Of a stretch of DNA of 32,000 bases, positions 1 to 9,832 are shown piece after piece; position 1 is the stretch's first letter, and each line of letters opens with the position of its first letter. Origin of the DNA: Mycobacterium tuberculosis H37Rv. GTDB taxonomy: Bacteria; Actinomycetota; Actinomycetes; Mycobacteriales; Mycobacteriaceae. The notes below the pieces were generated by a model. That model ran no database searches. It was not told the origin of the DNA and saw only the letters and a program-made list of their open reading frames with translations. A program made the position numbers and the translations under genes. The stretch covers positions 1,980,001 through 2,012,000 of the forward strand of contig NC_000962.3 in assembly GCF_000195955.2 (NCBI RefSeq). Reading direction: 5' to 3'.

Positions 1-1
1 T

Positions 2-1003
2 TCGAATGGTCGCGCGGTGACCTACATCGACTTCGAGCGACTGCATCAGCCCTACCCCTATGTCGCAATGGTGCCGCAATGGGACCTGCTGAACCTGCTG
101 GCGGAGGCCGCCCAAGCGGAACCGAGCTTTACGCTGCGGATGAAAACCGAGGTGACCGGGTTGCTGCGGGAGGGCGGCAAAGTTACGGGGGTGCGCTATC
201 AAGGAGCCGAGGGCCCGGGTGAATTGCGGGCGGAATTGACCGTGGCGTGCGACGGCCGATGGTCGATCGCCCGGCACGAGGCTGGACTGAAGGCGCGTGA
301 ATTCCCGGTGAACTTTGACGTGTGGTGGTTCAAGCTGCCACGTGAAGGTGACGCCGAGTTCTCGTTCCTGCCGCGATTCTCCCCGGGCAAGGGGCTCGGC
401 GTGATCCCACGCGAAGGTTATTTCCAGATCGCCTACCTCGGGCCCAAGGGAACCGACGCTCAGTTGCGCGAGCGAGGTATCGAGGAATTCCGTCGGGACG
501 TCAGCGAACTGCTGCCCGAAGCGACGGCATCGGTGGCGGCGCTAGCGTCCATGGACGAGGTCAAGCACCTCAACGTCAAGGTGAATCGGTTGCGTCGTTG
601 GCACATTGATGGGCTGCTGTGCATCGGCGACGCGGCGCACGCGATGTCACCGGTGGCGGGAGTCGGCATCAACCTAGCGGTCCAAGATGCGGTCGCGGCA
701 GCGACCATCTTGGCCGAACCGCTGCGTGAGCATCGAGTCAGCAGCCGCCACCTGGCAGCGGTACGGCGTCGTCGCGCATTTCCCACCGCGGTGACCCAAG
801 CGGTGCAGCGGGTGTTGCACCGAAGGCTGCTCGGCCCGCTGCTGCAGGGCCGGGACCCCACGCCGCCGGCGGCCCTGCTTGGCCTGGTCGAACGGCTGCC
901 ATGGCTCTCGGCGGTGCCCGCCTACTTTGTGGGAGTTGGAGTCCGGCCTGAGCATGCTCCGGCCTTCGCACGTCGCGGGCCCGGCAACCGCAAAGGCCCT
1001 TGA
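2..1003 (+). CDS. FAD-dependent monooxygenase/hydroxylase, 3' part only (5' end outside window; probably Rv1751)
   Basis: The frame is open from the window edge to the stop at 1001-1003. The motif CIGDAAHAMSPVAGVGINLAVQDA is the conserved C-terminal FAD-contact motif of UbiH/PheA-type flavoprotein monooxygenases. Confidence 0.85.
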   Translation, partial: SNGRAVTYIDFERLHQPYPYVAMVPQWDLLNLLAEAAQAEPSFTLRMKTEVTGLLREGGKVTGVRYQGAEGPGELRAELTVACDGRWSIARHEAGLKAREFPVNFDVWWFKLPREGDAEFSFLPRFSPGKGLGVIPREGYFQIAYLGPKGTDAQLRERGIEEFRRDVSELLPEATASVAALASMDEVKHLNVKVNRLRRWHIDGLLCIGDAAHAMSPVAGVGINLAVQDAVAAATILAEPLREHRVSSRHLAAVRRRRAFPTAVTQAVQRVLHRRLLGPLLQGRDPTPPAALLGLVERLPWLSAVPAYFVGVGVRPEHAPAFARRGPGNRKGP

Positions 1004-1009
1004 GCCGAC

Positions 1010-1579
1010 ATGCGCGCCGCCGCGAATCGGCGTCTTGGGTATAGCCCGGATAGCGCCGTTGGCGCTCATCAAGCCGGTCAGCGGGAGCGTCGTGGTGGCA
1101 GCACGTGATGTGTCGCGGGTGGCGCGACCATGGACGCTGGCTGCTATGCCGTCCACATGGCCCACACGTTCGGTGGGGCCACGCCGGAAGTGGTTTCGGC
1201 GCAAGCCAAATTACGCGATCCAGCGGTCGATCGGGCCATGACGGCCGAACTGAAATTTCCAGGCGGGCACACCGGCGGGATCCGCTGTTCAATGCGGTCG
1301 TCGGATCTGTTGAATGTGAGCGCTCGAGTGGTCGGCGACCGTGGCGAGTTGCGCGTGCTCAATCCGGTTGTGCCCCAACTCTTCCACCGATTGCCGCCCC
1401 TCGCATGCGTATCAGCTCGACGCTTTCGCTGCCGCAGTGCTGCGCGGGCAAGCGGTCAAGACGACGCCCAAGGACGCGGTCGAGAACATGAGCGCGATCC
1501 ACGCGATCTATCGGGCCGCCGGGCTCCCATCGCGCAACCCGAGCTGAATATGGTCGCCGCGAGCGGGTCCGCCGCCTGA
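1010..1579 (+). pseudogene. Decayed Gfo/Idh/MocA-type oxidoreductase (the annotated-type 149-aa ORF 1130..1579 is probably Rv1752)
   Basis: A Rossmann N-terminus (RIGVLGIARIAPLALIKPV..VVVAARD) lies in frame 3. The C-terminal domain (MDAGCYAVHMAHTFGGATPEVVSAQA..AELKFPGGHTGGIRCS) lies in frame 2 after only about 40 codons. The family-typical C-terminus (YQLDAFAAAVLRGQAVKTTPKDAVENMSAIHAIYRAAGL) lies in frame 3 again, ending at 1547. This implies an internal deletion plus frameshifts. Confidence 0.6.
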
Positions 1580-1613
1580 CAGGCCAATGGCGTCGGTCGC
1601 TTACCCGCCAGGG

Positions 1614-4600
1614 TTAGGACGTGGTGCCTTGGAAGAAACCCGCCAGGTTGGTGCCGATATTGGCAAAGCCGGAAACGACGCTGGCTACCGAGAACGGCAG
1701 GATGCCCCTGTTGGCGAAGCCTGAGACGCCGCTGCCAAGGTTGGAAAAGCCCGAGGATAGCCCGCCGAAGTTCTGATAGCCCGAGCCGCCCAACAGCCCG
1801 GCCGGGTTGGTGTTGAACCAACCCGAGAGGCCCGAGCCGTTGTTGCCGAAGCCCGAGTTGCCGCCCGCACCGGAATTGAAGAAGCCCGACGAAGGCGCGG
1901 TGCTCGAGTTGAAGTAGCCCGGCCCCCCGGGGATCGCGAAGGCCCCGATCGTGGTGCTGGGCAGGTGGATGCCGGGAACGGTGAGCGGGGGCGTGGTGAA
2001 GCCCCCCACGCCGATCGGCTCGATGGTGAGCGGTGGGGTGGTGATGGGTGGGGTGGTGATTTGGGGGAGGGTGAAGCCGGTGAGGTTGATGGGGTCGATG
2101 GTCAGCGGTGGGGTGGTGATGGGTGGGGTGGTGATTTGGGGGAGGGTGAAGCCGGTGAGGTTGATGGGGTCGATGGTCAGCGGTGGGGTGGTGATGGGTG
2201 GGGTGGTGATTTGCGGCAGGGTGAACCCGCCGACGCCGATCGAGTTGATGGTTAGCTCCGGGGTGATGATTTCCTGGGTGGTGATCTGCGGCAGAGTGAA
2301 GCCGCCCACGCCGATCGGAGGGATCGCGAACTCCGGGGTGGTGATAGCTGGGGTGGTGATCTGCGGCAGGGTGAAGCCATCGACGTTGATAGCGGGGACA
2401 TCGATCCCGGGTATGTTGAAGGCGGGCAGAAAGAATGAACCGATGACAATAGGGCCGGTCAATGTGTATGGGTGAACCACCAATTGTGGTAAGTCAAACT
2501 CACCGAAGATGAGGGCGCCATTGGTGAAAGTACTAAGCCCGCCGCCGGGCGGCTGAAGCGCAGGCACATTGGTCTGGAATTGTAGGGTAAAGGGTATTCC
2601 AAAAGCCGGTACTGTTATCCTAGGTGTGCTTAGGAAAACATCCCAGCCTATGGAGGGCAGGCCAAATTGGCCCACGCCAATCTGGCCGACCGTTATCGGT
2701 TGAGTATGTATCGCAGGTAGACTAAAGCCACCGATTGTGATACCCGCGGGTATCGTCAGCTGCGGAATAGTTACTTCCGGAATCTGCAATGGCGGCAAAT
2801 TAAAAGCACCCACCGTAATGGGCGGGACCGTCACCGGCGGAATGGCTACGGAAGGAATACTCAGCGGAGGCAACTGAAAGCCGCTTACGGTGATGTTGGC
2901 GGGTGTGGTGGCGGCCGGGATGTTCAACGACGGCAACGTCAACCCGGGCAGGCTGAAGGCGCCGACGGTGATGTTGGCTGGTGTGGTGGCGGCCGGGATG
3001 TTCAACGACGGCAACGTCAACCCGGGCAGGCTGAAGGCGCCGACGGTGATGTTGGCTGGTGTGGTGGCGGCCGGGATGTTCAACGACGGCAACGTCAACC
3101 CGGGCAGGCTGAAGGCGCCGACGGTGATGTTGGCTGGTGTGGTGGCGGCCGGGATGTTCAACGACGGCAACGTCAACCCGGGCAGGCTGAAGGCACCCAC
3201 GGTGATGTTGGCTGGTGTGGTGGCGGCCGGGATGTTCAACGACGGCAACGTCAACCCGGGCAGGCTGAAGGCGCCGACGGTGATGTTGGCCGGTGTGGTG
3301 GCGGCCGGGATGTTCAGCGACGGCAGCGTTATTGCCGGCAGACTGAAGGCGGGAACCGATATCCCCGGTATTTGCAGCGGCGGCAGAGTCAGATCAGGTG
3401 TCGTAATACTGAACTGCAGGCTGCCCTGCCCCACGCCCCGGTAGAAGACGCCATTGTTCATGTCACCCGTGTTGAACAGCCCATTATTCATGTGGCCAAT
3501 ATTGAAGACACCAGTGTTGATATTTCCGGCGTTGAGGAAACCCGTGTTAGCATTTCCCGTGTTGAACGTGCCGGTGTTGGACGACCCCGGATTGAAGTCG
3601 CCCATGTTATAACTGCCGGTGTTCAGGCTGCCTGTGTTCGCGTTGCCGACGTCCAACATACCGGTGTTAAACGAGCCCGCATTGAAGAAGCCCGTGTTCC
3701 CGTGTCCAGAATTCCAGCCACCGGTGTTGAAATTACCCGAGTTTCCGATGCCAAAGTTTCCATTGCCGGAGTTGAAGAAGCCGACGTTTCCGCTGCCCGA
3801 GTTGAACAATCCGAAATTCCCGGTGCCCGAGTTGAGCCCGCCGATTCCGATCTGGTTGTTGCCGGTAAGACCGATGCCGATGTTGTTGTTGCCAGTGTTG
3901 CCAAAGCCGAAGTTGCCCAAGCCGGTGTTGGCAAACCCGGTGTTGAGATTGCCAAGGTTTCCCACGCCGACATTGTTGCTGCCGAGGTTCCCGAAGCCGA
4001 TGTTGTTATTACCCAGGCTTGCTGAGCCGATATTGGAGTTACCGAAATTTCCGGACCCGAAATTGTAGTTGCCAAGGTTGGCGTTGCCGATGTTGGCAAG
4101 GCCGTTGTTGGCGTTGCCGACGTTGCCACCGCCGACGTTGGCTATGCCCAGGTTGATGGCGGTGGGTCCGCCCGCAAGCGCCGGTATGCCTGCGGCTGCG
4201 GTCATGGCGGCCGCAGGCGCGCCGCTGGCCAACCAAGCCGGCAAGCCAGCCAGGTTCTGCAGCGGTTTACTGAACGGGGACAGCGCCGAGGCGATCGCCG
4301 ATGCCCCGGCATGGTAGGCAGACATCGCCGACACATCGGCAGCCCACATTTGCTCGTACGTGGCTTCAATGGCAGCGATCGCCGGAGCGTTCTGTCCAAA
4401 CAGGTTCGACATCACCAGCGACACCAGGTCGGCACGGTTGGCCGCCACCAGCATCGGCTGCACCACCGCCGTCTTGACCGCTTCAAACTCGGCTATCATC
4501 GCCGCAGCCTGAGCGGCCGTCTGCTCGGCCTGGACCGCCGCCGCGGCAAGCCACGCCGCATAGGGGGCTGCCGCTGCCGCCATCGCCGACGACGACGCGC

Positions 4601-4775
4601 CCTGCCACGCCCCGCCCACGAGTCCGGATGTCACTGAGCCGAAAGAGGCTGCGGCCGAGGCCAATTCCATGGCCAACCCGTCCCAGGCCGTCGCGGCCGC
4701 CGCCATCGGTTCCGGCCCTGCCCCGGCGAATATCAGCGCTGAATTGATCTCCGGCGGCAGTACAGAAAAATTCAT
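1614..4775 (-). CDS. PPE24: PPE family protein, MPTR subclass, 1053 aa
   Basis: It has an N-terminal PPE domain ([12 protein letters not shown]...) with a GGGAAGG SD upstream of ATG 4775. A long NxGxGNxG pentapeptide region follows, then large tandem repeats and a Gly/Ser/Asn-rich tail. Confidence 0.95.
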   Translation of the reverse strand: MNFSVLPPEINSALIFAGAGPEPMAAAATAWDGLAMELASAAASFGSVTSGLVGGAWQGASSSAMAAAAAPYAAWLAAAAVQAEQTAAQAAAMIAEFEAVKTAVVQPMLVAANRADLVSLVMSNLFGQNAPAIAAIEATYEQMWAADVSAMSAYHAGASAIASALSPFSKPLQNLAGLPAWLASGAPAAAMTAAAGIPALAGGPTAINLGIANVGGGNVGNANNGLANIGNANLGNYNFGSGNFGNSNIGSASLGNNNIGFGNLGSNNVGVGNLGNLNTGFANTGLGNFGFGNTGNNNIGIGLTGNNQIGIGGLNSGTGNFGLFNSGSGNVGFFNSGNGNFGIGNSGNFNTGGWNSGHGNTGFFNAGSFNTGMLDVGNANTGSLNTGSYNMGDFNPGSSNTGTFNTGNANTGFLNAGNINTGVFNIGHMNNGLFNTGDMNNGVFYRGVGQGSLQFSITTPDLTLPPLQIPGISVPAFSLPAITLPSLNIPAATTPANITVGAFSLPGLTLPSLNIPAATTPANITVGAFSLPGLTLPSLNIPAATTPANITVGAFSLPGLTLPSLNIPAATTPANITVGAFSLPGLTLPSLNIPAATTPANITVGAFSLPGLTLPSLNIPAATTPANITVSGFQLPPLSIPSVAIPPVTVPPITVGAFNLPPLQIPEVTIPQLTIPAGITIGGFSLPAIHTQPITVGQIGVGQFGLPSIGWDVFLSTPRITVPAFGIPFTLQFQTNVPALQPPGGGLSTFTNGALIFGEFDLPQLVVHPYTLTGPIVIGSFFLPAFNIPGIDVPAINVDGFTLPQITTPAITTPEFAIPPIGVGGFTLPQITTQEIITPELTINSIGVGGFTLPQITTPPITTPPLTIDPINLTGFTLPQITTPPITTPPLTIDPINLTGFTLPQITTPPITTPPLTIEPIGVGGFTTPPLTVPGIHLPSTTIGAFAIPGGPGYFNSSTAPSSGFFNSGAGGNSGFGNNGSGLSGWFNTNPAGLLGGSGYQNFGGLSSGFSNLGSGVSGFANRGILPFSVASVVSGFANIGTNLAGFFQGTTS
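2021..2245. repeat. 75-bp in-frame tandem repeat, about 3 copies, inside PPE24
   Basis: Units start at 2021, 2096 and 2171. The first two differ by 1 nt and the third diverges in its last ~30 nt. They encode [25 protein letters not shown]. More degenerate GFTLPQITT units extend to ~2400. Confidence 0.9.
2891..3358. repeat. 78-bp in-frame tandem repeat, 5 near-identical copies plus 1 diverged copy, inside PPE24
   Basis: Units start at 2891, 2969, 3047, 3125, 3203 and 3281. They encode [26 protein letters not shown] (26 aa). Confidence 0.95.
3440..4154 (-). repeat. MPTR region (15-bp periodic NxGxGNxG-coding repeats) of PPE24
   Basis: The translation is a continuous run of N-x-G-x-x pentapeptides ([21 protein letters not shown]...) from about aa 208 to 445. 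Confidence 0.85.
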
Positions 4776-4978
4776 CGTCCAGCCTTCCCTGCGTGCCCCG
4801 CGTGATCAGCGGTAAACCGTGGCCGGTGAGTGGCTCTTGGCCCACAAGCTAGACGCTGAACCGTCGTGGCCACATAAATATCGCGCACAAATGGCCACGA
4901 CTCATAGGTTTCGTAAATTTGATTTACAAAAGGCGCTCTCGGGTCATGCGGACCGCAAGCGGCGTCCGAACGCAGGGG

Positions 4979-6490
4979 CTATGGCAGCACGGTGTGCATC
5001 AACATCACGTTGTATGCCGACCACAAAGACAGGTTAAAGTAGACGTCTTTGCCCGTCGACCAGGGATGCATCATCGGCGCGTAGATGCCGCCGGGCATCT
5101 GCCATGACGACACCAGCATTTGCTCTGCGCTCCACGGTCCTTGCGGAGCCGGCGCGGTCCTTGCCACCACGTCGTTCATACCGTTGGTGTAGAGCGCCAG
5201 GTATTGCTTGAGGTAGGTGTTGTATTGGACGGACATTTCGCCCACCGGGCCCGGAATAACGGGTGTTGCCGCGTCCGGCTTGTTTGGAACCCAGGAGTTC
5301 GAGTCGCCGTTCCAGTACTGGTACTTGGTGAGGTCGGGCACAAAGCGCTGCGGAACTCGTGCCAGATATGCCGAACCGCCTCGCCCGGGCGGGGTCCCGA
5401 ACGAGTAGAGGTAACCGTCGTTGGACTTGAGGTACGCCCCCATCTGGAAGTTCTCATTTCCCGGAACGAACCTGGCTTTTCCGCCGCTGTCCGGTCCGGA
5501 CGCGCGGATGGTGCCCGGGAAGACCCCCCAGGTCTGACCATTGTCCTTGGACACCGCGATGCCCGAGTAGTTCGTCGTCCATTCCCCATCACGGCCCCAA
5601 TTCCTGATGGACATGAAGTTGACGTATTGGGTTTTGCCGACGGCGATGCCCGCGGTCGGAATGATCCCCGTCTCGTCGCGCGCCCATTTGATGCTGTTGA
5701 TGAGCTGTTTGGAGAAGCCCGGTTGGCGTACCGGTGAGCCGGAATATCTGTTGGAAGCGTCACCGGATGTCACATGAACTCCGTTGCCCAGGTCGCGGTC
5801 TTGGCTGCGGAACAGCGTGTTGTATCGCCATTGATGGCCATCGACAGCGCAGTAGCCGAATGTGTCGCCGAAGATCATGAGCACCTGACGGTTGGCGGGA
5901 TCGCCGTTATCCCAAGGAATTCCGAGGTCGGTCCCGGAGATGCCGAAGCGTTCCAGGGTCTTGTTGGGGCTGTCCGGTCCGGTCACCCACTCGGCGAGGG
6001 ATGTGGTAGCCCCGGCGAGCGTGGCACCAGGATCCGGCGCCGCCGCCGGAGCAGGGTCGGGTGCTGGGGCTGGGTTCGGAGTTAGCTGAGTGGCATTCGG
6101 GGGTTGTGGGCCCGTGGCTGGCGGATTGGGTGCCGGATTGGGCCCAGGATTGGCCCTGGGGACTAGCGCTTGCTGTTGTAGCGGCGCGGCATTTCTAGCA
6201 CCCGGGTTGAGCAATGCGGATATCAGTGGACCCAGCTTGGGTAGCGGTGCACGGTCGTTGGCACCGCGAGGCTTGCGTCCGGTCGGTATCGGACCGTGTC
6301 CAGGTCGTACCGGGCCGAGCGCCGTGGCCCCGGGGTCGGTCACAATGGCGCTCGGTGGCGGCGGAGCGTTCGCGGCGTCTCCGCTGCACGGCGCCGCCAT
6401 CGCTGGTGGCGCCAGGCCTATTGGAACCATGAGTCCAATAGCGGCCGCCCACGCCAGCGATACCGACACGATTCGAGGAATCGGCGACAT
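4979..6490 (-). CDS. Secreted Pro/Ala-rich protein with C-terminal Asp-box (BNR) beta-propeller, glycosidase-like domain (probably Rv1754c; maximal ORF extends to 6670)
   Basis: ATG at 6490 has a GGAAGG SD 7 nt upstream and is followed at once by a signal peptide (MSPIPRIVSVSLAWAAAIGLMVPIGLAPPAMA). A PNPAPNPP-type linker follows. The C-terminal domain has GTDLGIPWD..FGDTFG and an exact Asp-box, SKDNGQTW. The 60 upstream codons of the 563-aa ORF would bury the signal peptide. Confidence 0.8.
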   Translation of the reverse strand: MSPIPRIVSVSLAWAAAIGLMVPIGLAPPAMAAPCSGDAANAPPPPSAIVTDPGATALGPVRPGHGPIPTGRKPRGANDRAPLPKLGPLISALLNPGARNAAPLQQQALVPRANPGPNPAPNPPATGPQPPNATQLTPNPAPAPDPAPAAAPDPGATLAGATTSLAEWVTGPDSPNKTLERFGISGTDLGIPWDNGDPANRQVLMIFGDTFGYCAVDGHQWRYNTLFRSQDRDLGNGVHVTSGDASNRYSGSPVRQPGFSKQLINSIKWARDETGIIPTAGIAVGKTQYVNFMSIRNWGRDGEWTTNYSGIAVSKDNGQTWGVFPGTIRASGPDSGGKARFVPGNENFQMGAYLKSNDGYLYSFGTPPGRGGSAYLARVPQRFVPDLTKYQYWNGDSNSWVPNKPDAATPVIPGPVGEMSVQYNTYLKQYLALYTNGMNDVVARTAPAPQGPWSAEQMLVSSWQMPGGIYAPMMHPWSTGKDVYFNLSLWSAYNVMLMHTVLP

Positions 6491-6853
6491 GTCACACCTT
6501 CCCGGGCTGGACGTTGCAATTGACGTCCGCAGTTCGCTGATGTGACGATAGTGATCTCTGGGACTCTTGTGATCAGTGATCCACTGATAGGTATGCCTCC
6601 GTGACCGTGTCGCAACCCATCTGTTCATCTCCGACCTGCGCTGCTGCACTCGGACTTGGTACCGGTACATTCAAGGCCCATCGGGGCCGCGGATACCACG
6701 ACCACCGGTGCCGAACATCGACGATCCGATCAATTTGCGTCCACTGTCGCCCGGACAGGTCAACAAGGTGTGGCTCTGGCAATCGCTACCCGGTCCCTGG
6801 ATCGGGTCCGCACGGAATACCGTGTACCTGACCGGATTTGAGTTCCTCGAGCC

Positions 6854-7744
<891 letters not shown>

Positions 7745-8731
7745 TCAGCCGGCGGCTGGTCTCTGGCGTTGAGCGTAGTAGGCAGCCTCGAGTTCGACCG
7801 GCGGGACGTCGCCGCAGTACTGGTAGAGGCGGCGATGGTTGAACCAGTCGACCCAGCGCGCGGTGGCCAACTCGACATCCTCGATGGACCGCCAGGGCTT
7901 GCCGGGTTTGATCAGCTCGGTCTTGTATAGGCCGTTGATCGTCTCGGCTAGTGCATTGTCATAGGAGCTTCCGACCGCTCCGACCGACGGTTGGATGCCT
8001 GCCTCGGCGAGCCGCTCGCTGAACCGGATCGATGTGTACTGAGATCCCCTATCCGTATGGTGGATAACGTCTTTCAGGTCGAGTACGCCTTCTTGTTGGC
8101 GGGTCCAGATGGCTTGCTCGATCGCGTCGAGGACCATGGAGGTGGCCATCGTGGAAGCGACCCGCCAGCCCAGGATCCTGCGAGCGTAGGCGTCGGTGAC
8201 AAAGGCCACGTAGGCGAACCCTGCCCAGGTCGACACATAGGTGAGGTCTGCTACCCACAGCCGGTTAGGTGCTGGTGGTCCGAAGCGGCGCTGGACGAGA
8301 TCGGCGGGACGGGCTGTGGCCGGATCAGCGATCGTGGTCCTGCGGGCTTTGCCGCGGGTGGTCCCGGACAGGCCGAGTTTGGTCATCAGCCGTTCGACGG
8401 TGCATCTGGCCACCTCGATGCCCTCACGGTTCAGGGTTAGCCACACTTTGCGGGCACCGTAAACACCGTAGTTGGCGGCGTGGACGCGGCTGATGTGCTC
8501 CTTGAGTTCGCCATCGCGCAGCTCGCGGCGGCTGGGCTCCCGGTTGATGTGGTCGTAGTAGGTCGATGGGGCGATCGGCACACCCAGCTCGGTCAGCTGT
8601 GTGCAGATCGACTCGACACCCCACCGCAAACCATCGGGGCCCTCGCGGTGGCCCTGATGATCGGCGATGAACCGGGTAATTAGCGTGCTGGCCGGTCGAG
8701 CTCGGCCGCGAAGAAAGCCGACGCGGTCTTT
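7745..8731 (-). CDS. IS6110 transposase OrfB (DDE integrase core), expressed as an OrfAB fusion by -1 frameshift
   Basis: The frame is open from the slippery site to the stop at 7745; the first ATG gives the 294-aa track ORF. It has the IS3-type DDE region (LWVADLTYV...HHTDRGSQYTS...YDNALAE). Confidence 0.95.
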   Translation of the reverse strand, partial: KDRVGFLRGRARPASTLITRFIADHQGHREGPDGLRWGVESICTQLTELGVPIAPSTYYDHINREPSRRELRDGELKEHISRVHAANYGVYGARKVWLTLNREGIEVARCTVERLMTKLGLSGTTRGKARRTTIADPATARPADLVQRRFGPPAPNRLWVADLTYVSTWAGFAYVAFVTDAYARRILGWRVASTMATSMVLDAIEQAIWTRQQEGVLDLKDVIHHTDRGSQYTSIRFSERLAEAGIQPSVGAVGSSYDNALAETINGLYKTELIKPGKPWRSIEDVELATARWVDWFNHRRLYQYCGDVPPVELEAAYYAQRQRPAAG

Positions 8732-9006
8732 AAAATCGCGTTCGCCCTTCGCAATTCGGCGTTGTCCCGCCGCAAGCGCTTCAGCTCAGCGGATTCTTCG
8801 GTCGTGGTCCCGGGCCGTGCGCCGGCATCGACCTGCGCCTGGCGCACCCACTTACGCACCGTCTCCGCGCAGCCAACACCAAGTAGACGGGCGACCTCAC
8901 TGATCGCTGCCCACTCCGAATCGTGCTGACCGCGGATCTCTGCGACCATCCGCACCGCCCGCTCACGCAGCTCCGGCGGGTACCTCCTCGATGAACCACC
9001 TGACAT
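8680..9006 (-). CDS. IS6110 transposase OrfA (HTH DNA-binding part), 108 aa
   Basis: MSGGSSRRYPPELRERAVRMV..., with a leucine-zipper-like C-terminus. It overlaps orfB by 52 nt. Confidence 0.95.
   Translation of the reverse strand: MSGGSSRRYPPELRERAVRMVAEIRGQHDSEWAAISEVARLLGVGCAETVRKWVRQAQVDAGARPGTTTEESAELKRLRRDNAELRRANAILKTASAFFAAELDRPAR
8728..8734 (-). other. Programmed -1 ribosomal frameshift heptamer U UUA AAG of IS6110
   Basis: The minus strand reads TTTAAAG with orfA codons TTA AAG in the zero frame, and the orfB frame is open from here. Confidence 0.7.
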
Positions 9007-9029
9007 GACCCCATCCTTTCCAAGAACTG

Positions 9030-9057
9030 GAGTCTCCGGACATGCCGGGGCGGTTCA
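9030..9057. repeat. IS6110 terminal inverted repeat (orfA-proximal end)
   Basis: GAGTCTCCGGACATGCCGGGGCGGTTCA. Confidence 0.95.
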
Positions 9058-9566
9058 GAGAGGACTTCATCGATGCGCTGCGTTCCAAGATTGGCGAGAA
9101 GTCTATGGGCGTTTATGGGGTCGACTACCCGGCGACCACGGATTTCCCGACAGCGATGGCCGGTATTTACGACGCGGGCACCCATGTCGAACAGACGGCG
9201 GCGAACTGTCCCCAAAGCAAGCTGGTGCTCGGCGGATTTTCCCAAGGTGCGGCCGTGATGGGCTTTGTTACCGCGGCGGCGATTCCGGATGGGGCGCCGT
9301 TGGACGCGCCCAGGCCGATGCCGCCCGAAGTCGCCGACCACGTGGCCGCCGTCACACTCTTCGGAATGCCCTCGGTTGCGTTCATGCACTCGATCGGCGC
9401 GCCGCCGATCGTCATCGGTCCGCTATATGCAGAAAAGACCATCCAGCTGTGCGCCCCGGGCGACCCCGTCTGTTCTAGCGGAGGCAATTGGGCGGCGCAT
9501 AACGGGTACGCCGACGACGGCATGGTCGAGCAGGCCGCAGTGTTTGCCGCCGGTCGGCTCGGTTAA
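9058..9566 (+). pseudogene. cut1: Cutinase, 3' fragment lacking the N-terminus and signal peptide (track ORF 9042..9566 starts at an ATG inside the IS6110 inverted repeat)
   Basis: The cutinase nucleophile motif GGFSQGAAV and the later CAPGDPVC and AAHNGY motifs (Ser/Asp/His) are present. Native sequence begins abruptly at the IS boundary. Confidence 0.85.
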
Positions 9567-9832
9567 GGCAGTGTCAGCCACTCGCCACTCAGCCCGACAC
9601 CGATCGGACGTCGTGACCGGCGGGACCGAGAACTGCTCGATCCGCAACAACGCCGCGACGTGGATTGTGTCCCATGGTGAGCTGTGACTTGGAGTGCGGG
9701 TGGTGAGCTGAAGGCCCGTTGTCGACCGAAACGGGGCGACGTCCGCGACTTCCTGTACAACCTGATGCTCTGGGATTTGGGCTGCGGATGCGCGGCGGGG
9801 GTTCGCTCTGGTGTCGTCGGTGTTCCGCCGCG

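Noticed and set aside
2891-3358. Regularly spaced 78-bp repeats that could superficially suggest a CRISPR array
   Set aside because: The units are directly abutting with no unique spacers, are in frame within a PPE gene, and are far longer than CRISPR repeats. No cas genes are present.
1951-4068. Plus-strand ORFs inside PPE24 (1951..2475, 2890..3444, 3372..4025, 3619..4068) that show striking internal repeats
   Set aside because: They are mirror images of the PPE24 minisatellites and MPTR repeats on the non-coding strand, not independent genes.
9005-9478. ORFs reading out of the IS6110 orfA-proximal ends (9005..9478 plus and 15815..16153 minus, both starting MTPSFPRTGVSGHAGAVQ)
   Set aside because: The identical IS-encoded start is followed by unrelated, low-complexity read-through in each flank. 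These are artefacts of the IS end rather than genes.
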